A stretch of DNA of 63,045 nucleotides, counting the filler, from Sluysia triapertura (taxonomy: Eukaryota): assembly GCA_046118255.1 (NCBI GenBank). It is 5 parts of 5 records of this genome, joined end to end, with 100 filler letters (N's around TTAATTAATTAA, not from the genome) between each part and the next. Parts side by side here need not be neighbours in the genome. Positions count along the whole stretch, not along the records: positions 50,925 to 63,045 come from JBJNIA010137729.1; 4 more parts are not named here. One strand, given 5' to 3'. Within the stretch, counting starts at the first letter, position 1; each line of letters begins with the position of its first letter. The position numbers and the translations under genes are program-made. This document shows positions 54,015 through 63,045 of the stretch, piece by piece. The notes beneath the pieces are model-generated. The model was given only the letters and a program-made list of their open reading frames with translations, had not been told where the DNA came from and ran no database searches.

Positions 54015-54167
54015 TGTTGAGGTATAGGCCTAAAGTGCCATTTAGAATAAAGACAGTATGATTAATTATAAAATAAAATTGTTAGAGGGGGCAGCACCGA
54101 GTTGCACAGCTGTGAGGTAAGACGGCCCGGGTTCTAATCCTGATCAGTCATTTAATGAAGTCTAATG
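54015..54167 (+). mobile_element. tRNA-Ala-bearing TG...CA mini-element, copy 5 (degenerate tRNA part)
   Basis: TGTTGAGGTATAGGCCTAAAGTGCCA...TTGTTAGAGGGGGC...CCCGGGTTCTAATCCTGATCAGTCATTTAATGAAGTCTAATG. Confidence 0.75.
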
Positions 54168-54866
54168 CTTAGAAACAAATTTTAAATCAAGTTTAATCAT
54201 TTTATAATTTCCTTTATGCTTTGATTTCAATGAGTTCATAAATATAAAACGTGTCACCAATAATTTAATTAAATGTTCTTATAACAATTTATGTAAGTGT
54301 TTACGCTTTTCTCGTTTTGCAGTTTTTTTCGCACTTATAAAACTTTAAAATTAAATATTCAAAATGAACAAATTTTCAATATTGAATTTTAAATTTTTTG
54401 AACGGCGTAAAAGCGAAAACATGCAAAATAGTACCTTTTAAAGCATTGGATAGGTGTAGTTAATATTTAATAATTAAATGATAATATATCTGATTAAAAA
54501 TTACGAAATTTTGTCTTTAGAATTTACTTATATTATTTAACCTTAATGTATAAGATAATATTAATACTAACAAATATATGATTAACAATTTTTTGGCATT
54601 TAACTTTATTGTCATATTTACAAAATGAAATTTTATGTTTAAAAACTTGATTTTAATAAATGCTATGAAAACGAAATAATAAAAATTTAATTTTTGTTTG
54701 AATAAATAAATTAGAATACCTATTTATTTACATTTAATTTAAAAACTTCGAATTCATTTTTGTGCATATGTTCTGTGTTTTTAGTTTTGAAGTTTAAATC
54801 AATAGACTTTTAGTAACCATAATTTAAAGTTTTTGTTCATTGTTTATTTAATTATTTATAACTCTT

Positions 54867-55988
54867 ATGGAGTTAGAAGTTCTTGATTTAAGTCATAAAC
54901 CCAATTGTGAAAAAGTAGTGAATGATTTTCCCATTGCCATGGATTTATCGCAAAAAGTAGACGCATCTAAATCTTTAAACATTAATAACATTTGCGACGA
55001 AGAAGATGATGAAATAGTGAATCAGTTATTATCAAAATTGAATACAGATAATCCTTCTACAGAAACTATTGATGCTTGTAAAAAATTGTTATTTCAATTA
55101 GATGAAAAACTACGAAATGAAGAAACTGTTGAAGTAGTTTTAGCTCAAATGAAGTTATCTCAGAAATCATTAGTTCCTACTTCATCAAATTCAACATCTG
55201 GTAATCGGATTAATGGAGTTAATCAAACTACCAACAACTGTACAAGTACCTACTCAAATAGACATCAAGTTGGGGAAGGAATGTTAAATAATGCGAACAA
55301 TTCTGTGATTAATTCAAATGATGCGTCTGTAGTTGACGGATCTATAATAAACAATCGTGGTGTATCTAATCAAATAATGGCCAATAATAATAGCTCAGGA
55401 AATTTTAAAAATGATCTTAATTCTATGGGTAAAGGTCCTACGAATATAACTAATTCTGCAATAAATATTAATAATAGTGGAAACAATGCAAGTACTGCAA
55501 TAAGTTCTAGTTTAAGTGGCCAACCGCAACAAAAAATGACTAGAGAAATGGCCATGCAAGCTTTAGATCAGCAATATATGGCTCGAAAAGCATTGCTACG
55601 TAAGCAGGCTGATAAAGCACTTTCAGAAATTCCTTTGGCCCGTCCACCGCCACAAAATTCAAGTACGCAATGTGATTTAAATATTATACCAAGTACTGCG
55701 ACAAATGAATTTGTGGCACTATTCGGATTAGAAGAAGTTGTAAAAAACTTACAAGAATTTAGAAATGTAGCTTGTGGTCACAAAGGTACAATTGAAAAGC
55801 AGCTATCAGTGGTAAATCCTTTCAATTGTGTTCAATGTGGGACTGACTTTACACCCTTGTGGAAACGAGAACGACATGGAAGTAATAGTGTAGTCTGCGA
55901 AAATTGTTGTGGTCTTAATTATCGAAAAATTATACAAAAAGATTATCAAGATAAAATACGGATGGTTTTAAAAAAGTATCAAGATCAA
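54867..55988 (+). CDS. GATAD2: GATAD2/p66 (simjang) NuRD subunit, first large coding exon
   Basis: CR1 coiled coil LLFQLDEKLRNEETVEVVLAQMKLSQ; CR2 KALLRKQADKALSEIPLARPP...NIIPSTATNEFVALFGLEEVVKNL; GATA-type finger CVQCGTDFTPLWKR...CENC; donor CAA|GTAGGT at 55989. Confidence 0.9.
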
Positions 55989-56696
55989 GTAGGTATTTTA
56001 ATAAATTATTGAAGCGACTATTTTAAAATTAACATAATTTTCTATTAATATTTTAAATAATTTAGTAATAATAATTTAAATAATTTATTTGGACTCAAAA
56101 TAATTTTTAGTATTTGATTTTTGTTCATTAAGTTAACTAACTGATTACTTTATTAATTTGTGTAAATTAATAAATTTGTATTTTTAATAAAACTAATACC
56201 AATTATGTTAATAAAATTTAATAGTTGCGTAATTTTTATTAGATTTAAATTATTAAGATTATATTCCATAATTTTTCTGTTTCAAAGGAATATTCAAGAT
56301 TGATGTGATTTACTTTATTAAATTTAAAGTTATGCCTTTTTAAATTTTGATGCATTATAGATTATAATAAAATATTGCATATATTTTTATTAGTATACCG
56401 AATTCAACACAATATTTAAAGAATGATGTAAATTACAGTTGTACGTATGACTAACCATGCCATTCTAGCCCTTTTTAATTAACTTTGTCATCACAAGGTA
56501 TATTGACATTCTAAACTTTTAATTTTAAAAATACAACTAATAACAAATTTCACACATTATAACACTGACCATATTTATTTACCAAAAAATTCTAAAATAT
56601 TATTTCGACATTTATATTTAAATAAATAGTAGTAATATATTAATTTATGTGGTGCAAATACATACTATAAAATAAGTGCTTAAAAGTGCTTAGAAT

Positions 56697-56764
56697 CAGG
56701 GGCGGTCTAAGGCATAGGCAACCTAGGCACGTGCATAGTGCCCGCTGGACTTAGTCCGCCACTG
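56697..56764. mobile_element. 68-bp hAT-type MITE in the GATAD2 intron
   Basis: TIRs CAGGGGCGGTCTAAG / CTTAGTCCGCCACTG; perfect 8-bp TSD CTTAGAAT. Confidence 0.88.
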
Positions 56765-57539
56765 CTTAGAATGCATTTTTTTTTAAATAATATTTATGAA
56801 ATAAAAAGAAGTCTAAATATTTTTTTATCTTTCAGTGATTTGACATTTTATGGTGTCTGATTGTAGATTTTTTAAACATTAACTGTTATTTATTCAGGAT
56901 TTACGTAATGTAAGCGTCTATGGATAACCATAATTTTTAAATTCAACTCTTGTTTTTATTGATAACCAGTGTAACTCTTTGCCATAAGATGTAATAAGAT
57001 ATCTTAAAGAAAAAAATACTTTTGCTGTTTCATGCAATAACAATTACTACTTTTTTCCGTACAATAGAATATAGTAAACTAATATAATCTATTTTTATTG
57101 AATGAAAAATAAGTTTTGTTAAATCTTTATTGATGTGCTTTTTAATGATTTATATTATATTTACGTTTTGAAATAAAATTAATATAATCTATATCCATTT
57201 TTGAATCAATAAAGTTCCTAAGTTTTCACTACCTTAAACTAATTATTGGTTTCTGAAAAATGTGAAGTGTAATTTTTCTTAAATAATCAAATATCAATTA
57301 AGTGATTTTATCAATTAAGTGATTAATTTTTCAATTATTTTTACAATAATTTCTATTTTATTGATTGCAAATTTAATGTGTTTATATATCATGTGTCATA
57401 AGATTCAATCCATTTTATCACAATAGATAAAAGATTCGGTTCTGCAGATGCTAAAGTAAAAAAGCTGTTTAGGACTTGAATGCATTCATCTACATTTATG
57501 ATAAGTGATGGTTCAATAATGTCTAAAAATCGTAGTGGT

Positions 57540-57620
57540 TTTGGCTTCACGACTGCATGCAAAAATTATATCAGTAATTTAAGTCAGAAGTCCTTTAGGT
57601 GGCCAGTTTTCAATAAAGGC
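57540..57620 (-). mobile_element. Possible Tc1/mariner transposase fragment in the GATAD2 intron
   Basis: Minus strand ENWPP then, frameshifted, TSDLN, resembling WPPxSPDLNP. Confidence 0.35.
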
Positions 57621-57719
57621 AAATCCTTAGTTATTAAAATTATTGATTATTAGAAAACAGAATTACAAAAATAATTTCTATTTAAATATTCAATATTTTT
57701 ATTTCTATGCTTTTTTTAG

Positions 57720-58150
57720 GAGCGTGATTTAGATCGGGATTATAAAGATATGCTTGACAGTCCTAAAAAATTCGAATTATTTCGAAAAGAGCAAGAGAAG
57801 AAAATGTTAGCAATGTCTGGTGCCAATCAATCTAATAATAATAACAATGTTAATACAATGTCAAGTTTAGCTAACCCAAATTCAGTAGCTAGAAATAATC
57901 TCAATAATATGGCATCAGCTCTGCAGCAACAACAGCAACAGCAGCAGCAACAACAGAACTCCCAAGTGCGAATACCAAGTGGTGTTTGTGGTTCGCATCA
58001 ATCAGTTGTGAATACACCCGGATCTACAGGTTCGCGCATGTCATCTTCACATCATCACCATCACCAACAACAACAACAGCAACAACAACAGCAGCAGCAA
58101 CATCAACATCAACACCATCATCATCAACATCATCATCGATCGACTGGTAA
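57720..58150 (+). CDS. GATAD2: GATAD2/p66 second coding exon (Q/H-rich); 3' boundary uncertain, gene may continue downstream
   Basis: Polypyrimidine acceptor TTTTTTTAG|GAG at 57719/57720 gives in-frame KKYQDQ|ERDLDRDYKDMLDSPKK, resembling the p66 QEQEIE helix; several possible GT donors near 58147-58163, or read-through to the stop at 58193. Confidence 0.75.
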
Positions 58151-59106
58151 TAGTAATGGTAATGTTTATTTGTATTTTGATAATGGAAATTAATTAAAAA
58201 GTATCTCTTAACACATTAATAGCGGGAAGCCTAACAGACCTAGTTAGTTTGCTTAATGGGCGAAATTTGGGAGGTGCGCAAAAATATGAATTTGAAAATA
58301 AAGCAATATATTTAAAAGTAATGATTAGATTTCAATAAAATTTGTAAATATGGGTCATATTTTATGTGCGGAACAGTAAGAATATTTTGATAAAATTTCA
58401 ATTGTGAACTAATAAAGCTAATAAGATAATAAGTAAAGATTGACTTATATTTTTTTTGTACAATGAATGTTATATTTTATTAAATAATAAATTCTTTTTA
58501 TATTTGTTGTATTTATATTAGAAACTAAAAATTAATCATTTTACATAAATTGAATTTTTAATGAAATTGGATTCAATGCATTTTAGTTTAAGTGAGATTT
58601 AACAACTTCAAACTTCAAATTTTATTTCGAGTTATTAAGCGAATTAGATTTGATTACAACAGCTTAAATTCAAGTATCAAGAACGATTTGATAATTCTAT
58701 CAATTCCAAATGCTTTAATTTCAAAGATCAAACAATAAGCTAACAACACTTACATTAATATGTATGATAAATTTTTAATAAGCTAAACTTATGTATTTTA
58801 ATTAAAAATCATTTTTTTCTATTTATTTTCAAACCATTGTTAGTGTTAGCTTTTATAAAAGTTCAAGTAACTAGATTGTGAAAAATATTATTGGTTCATA
58901 AGAAAACGTAATATTTTTACTGAAAATGATCTTCCAGTTAATCCATTCTTTTCCAATTTTTTTCTTAAATCTCTAGTATTTTATACATAATAAAAAATTC
59001 CTCAAAATATTTAAAGGTTTTGAGAGTTTAATTTCTTCATTATTAAAAACGATCTCAGTTGCGTTATTTAACACCAATCTTTTATATTAATGAAGGGTTT
59101 CATTAA

Positions 59107-59344
59107 CCCTTTCAGCCCCGGGACCGCCATATGGCGCCAATGACGATTTTTTCTCTTACACAACTGCTATGCAAGATCCTACTAAAGTAATACGAAGAGA
59201 TAGATATTTATGTTTGAACTTTGACCTATATATTTTTACTTCACGTTAATATTTACAATTTTCATACATTTTTCCTAAATCATCATCTATAAAGACAGTA
59301 AATCACCATATATCTTAAGGAAAAAAAATTCGGGGCTGAAAGGG
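59107..59344. mobile_element. piggyBac-type MITE, 238 bp
   Basis: Perfect 14-bp TIR CCCTTTCAGCCCCG / CGGGGCTGAAAGGG with TTAA TSD. Confidence 0.92.
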
Positions 59345-61569
59345 TTAAAAATGAATTAAGTCTCCGATTCATTATTTACTATCGAAATCAGTGTTTTAGT
59401 TATTCACTTTTTAATCTTGTCCATTTAGGATAATTTGAAGAATCAAAAAAGGATATTTTTCACTTTTACAAAAAACCCTAGGTTTTTTTATTTTCCTATA
59501 ATAAATGGCCTCATTATGTTAGATTCTATAAAATAATGATTCTATTTTTAATATTAATGTTTCATGTACAGAAACTAAAAATATATGACCATCCATTACT
59601 AGTTTTTCAAACATTCATACTAAAACTGGTTTTGGTTCCCTATGTATATTTCTCATTATTTTCATAAACTGTGTTTTCTAACTTTTTCTGCCTTTACAAT
59701 ATTTACAGTTCGCCCAATTGAATATAGTGATTTCTCTTATATTATATTTTCTTTCTACAATTTCATTTTATTATCAAGCAACTTTGAAGTTTTGTGCTTT
59801 GTTTGTAAATCTTAGTTAATATTTTATGTTTCATAAAAACTTAAAGTGACATTTTAAAATAAAACGTTTCTTGAACTTTTCAATTGTGGCAAAAATAAGT
59901 GTTATCCTGTATGAATATGCAGTAGCAGAATACAAGAGTGTTCATTATGGTTCCATGGTATAAGTGAAGTAAATTAACTAAATATTTAAATACATAGCTA
60001 AAAGTTATTGGTTATTGAAAAGTAATTTTTTCAAATAACACAGACTACGGTATGTTTTGAGAAAATATTGCACAAATATTTTAAAATTTTTAATACTGGA
60101 AATTAATGACTTTATTTCGATCATTTACGTGTTAGATTTTTTATGATAAAACGAATGATGTGTAAATATAATAAGTTTGATTATTTAAATGTTTAATGCA
60201 TGTTAGTTTAGCGCATATATTACCATTTTTTCATAGTTTTGAATCTCATAATAATTTTCTAAGTTTTTAGCCATTTATGCTTTACTTTATAGCTACAGAA
60301 GAGTGGTTTTAAAATGTGAATGTAAGTATTGACTATTATGTTAATGAATTTTGGAATTTAAGTATACAATAATTTCTATTTGGTTTGCGATCAATAAATA
60401 ATATAAATAAATATAATCAAATAAAGTAGAGTTAATAAACAATTATACAAATGTTCTCAGACTCAATCGTAGCAGCAGTTGGGTAATTAATTACTTTGTT
60501 AAGTATTATTCTTAAAATACTTAGAATAACTTTAATTTTAGTGTATCTTTTAATTTATGAAATTCGTTGAAAGTATAATTATCAACAAATAAGTTAGGAT
60601 GGCGCTTAAGGCGCTTACAATATAAAATTAATGCACGCTTCATATTATAATTAAAAAGACAAAATAACTAATAAATTTATTGTTAGTCTTATTTAAGTGA
60701 TGGTGGTAGTGAAGTAATTATTAATCTGACGACTTTATCACTTCTTGGTCGTGATTTTGAGTGCTAAGATTATAACGCAACAAGTACAATGAATCTTTAT
60801 TAAAATTATAATCAAACCTGAAGTGTATAAACTTAAAATTCAAATAAATTTTATTTATCACAAAGTCATTGGTCTATTTATAAGAATCTAAAATATTTCT
60901 ACGCATGAAAATATGATTATTAAGATATTATTCAGAACAAAAGGAACTATTAAGTTATCTGAAACACATTTTAAAATATTCTTTTGTACATTTACTTCCA
61001 CTACTTTTATTGAAATGCTTTTTATTAACATGACATTATAAATGTCTTTACTATCTATACTAAATGTACATTGACTTACTTAGAATCACCAAATCGTTTG
61101 AGAGATTACGTAGTTGTAGTTTTATGCAATAATAATTTCCATTTTAAATAAGTTAATATTTTGTATAACTTTTCTAAAACATGTTTCGTTGAATAATCTT
61201 TAACACATTACCATGTTATTCTACTTTATTAACCTCGATACTAAAATTAATAATAAATAATTAATAATTTAAATTAGTTTAATAAACAAATAAATGCCAA
61301 GAATACACAAAAATGATAAAATCAAAGTTATAGTACAGTAAAGGTTAAGTAATAAACAAAAATACAAATTATAGTACTGTATTTTTATAATTATCATTGC
61401 AAACCATTTTTAGAACGCTTATACATACGTAAAATTTTTAAATGTTAAGTCGCTTGATATAAAATTAATAATTCTTAATTTTGATCTTGAAAGCTTGTAA
61501 CTTTGTAGTAGTACTTTAATTGTTAATAGTTATTTCAAGTTTTGACATTATATCTCTTTATGTATTTGT

Positions 61570-62890
61570 TAATTCTTTTTACATAGATCACTCAAAGCTT
61601 ATTGTCTAAAATTCGTTTACTGACTAAGCCCTAAATTATAACTATTAATCATATTACTCTTACTTAATATTAAATTCTCTTTAATTTGGATATATAGTTC
61701 AAAACTCGTCCCTGTTCTTAAAGATGGAAGTACTTGTTATATTTTTTAGATCCTTAACAAATCTTTTACAGATATTTAATAAAATTTTAACAAATTGTTT
61801 CTTTAATCAGTTGTGTTTTTAATCTTTAAGTATTTATCCTTAATATCCTTAACCATACATTTCGAAGCACGAATTCGAAATTCAATAATTTATCATGAAC
61901 AAGTGATAAGACGTTATTATCAGTTAAGTATTAATAATTATAATACTTATCATGTAACCAAATGGTCTTCGAAGCTCATATAAATATTTTAATCTAAATT
62001 ACATTTAAAAACAAGTCTTTTATCGTGTTCACCATACTTAAATTATATTAAGCGTCGGCTTAATATCTAGTTCTTCCTTCAGTTTAAAGTTAAAATTATT
62101 CCAGAATTTGCCGTTACGTAAAACTGTATCTGTGAATTAATATTTGTAATTCTTTAAATTTAGATACACATCACTTTGCAAGTTAAATTTATATATTAAT
62201 AAATAAATCGCGTTAGTATCTAGATTTTGATTTCAATATTGTGCAACATATATACTTATTTTTCCATTACTGTTTCATGTTTCTTTTGTATGTTTGAGGC
62301 TTGTGATAGTCTCCTAGTTACTTAGATACAAATTACACCAACTTCAAATATATTCTTGAAACATGAGTTTAGTTTTAAATTGAAATTAATTGATATAAAC
62401 TCTTATAAATTATCGTTATGAAAACTATAATTATTTATCAAATTTAATGGCCGTATTTTTAAATTTAACGCGTTATTCTAATTTGAAGGATAATGAAAGA
62501 TGACTTAGTCTTACTAATGCAACAACTCGAATTAAAACGTTTTGCAAGCTTATCTTAACGGACTCGCAATTCTCGAAAGTTTTTTAATTTTAAAGCATGT
62601 ATCTTAAAAATAGATGAAATTTTAAACATATGCATCTAAAACAATACTTTATCATCACTGCAGTTTAAAAGACGAGCATTTGTATTATTCGAATAAAGAA
62701 TTATTTACATATTTAATATTTTAATATTTAATATTTTAAATTGCCATTTAAATTTAAATTTGTCACATTCAAAATTTTAAATTTTAACTATAATTCGTGA
62801 TGCTAGAATGTACCTTCATAACAATTAAATAATACAACAATAACATCCTTTAAACGTTCATTCATCGATTCTAGTTGATGTGCAAAGGAT
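61570..62890 (-). mobile_element. Possible highly decayed hAT transposase
   Basis: SFAHQLE near 62870 (CxAHxLxL-like), VLPS near 61725 and LSDL near 61590 in the expected order; heavily disrupted. Confidence 0.3.
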
Positions 62891-62947
62891 GTTAAACGTT
62901 TTTGGAATTTTAGAAATTAAATTTTCGTTCTACAAAAACTATTTTAA

Positions 62948-63045
62948 CCCTTTCAGCCCAGGGACCGGCATATGGCGTCAATGGCGATTTTTTCTCTTAC
63001 ACAACTGCTATGCAAGATCCTACTAAAGTAATACGAAGAGCATAA
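62948..63045. mobile_element. Second copy of the 59107 piggyBac MITE, cut by the window end
   Basis: TTAA|CCCTTTCAGCCCAGGGACCGGCATATGGCG... nearly identical to 59107-59199. Confidence 0.88.

Noticed and set aside
60461-60482. Possible 22-nt downstream GATAD2 micro-exon (CAG|...|GTAATT)
   Set aside because: Splice-like signals only, with no homology support.

Overview
A very AT-rich, repeat-dense stretch of an animal genome scaffold with four 100-nt assembly gaps (N44-TTAATTAATTAA-N44). Three apparently intact genes are present: an NHLH/NSCL bHLH gene (minus, 8855-9238), a four-exon eIF1A gene with 33-40 nt introns and an unusually long C-terminal tail (52484-53188), and the first two identifiable coding exons of a GATAD2/p66 NuRD subunit (54867-~58150). 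The rest is mostly decayed mobile DNA: Gypsy-like gag, leader and RNase H remnants, an internally deleted Helitron, and piggyBac- and hAT-type MITEs. There are also intronless, disabled fragments of host genes (PCMT, GIT ArfGAP, a SET domain). The most striking unexplained structure is a 128-159 bp element present five times. It has TGTT...AACA ends and a 4-bp target duplication in some copies. It carries a full-length tRNA-Ala-like unit (G3:U70, A/B boxes, TTTT terminator) bracketed by an internal TGTTAGAC/GTCTAACA inverted repeat, so it looks like a tRNA-bearing mini-LTR or integrase-type element rather than a SINE. All protein identities come from manual translation and recalled family motifs; no database search was run.
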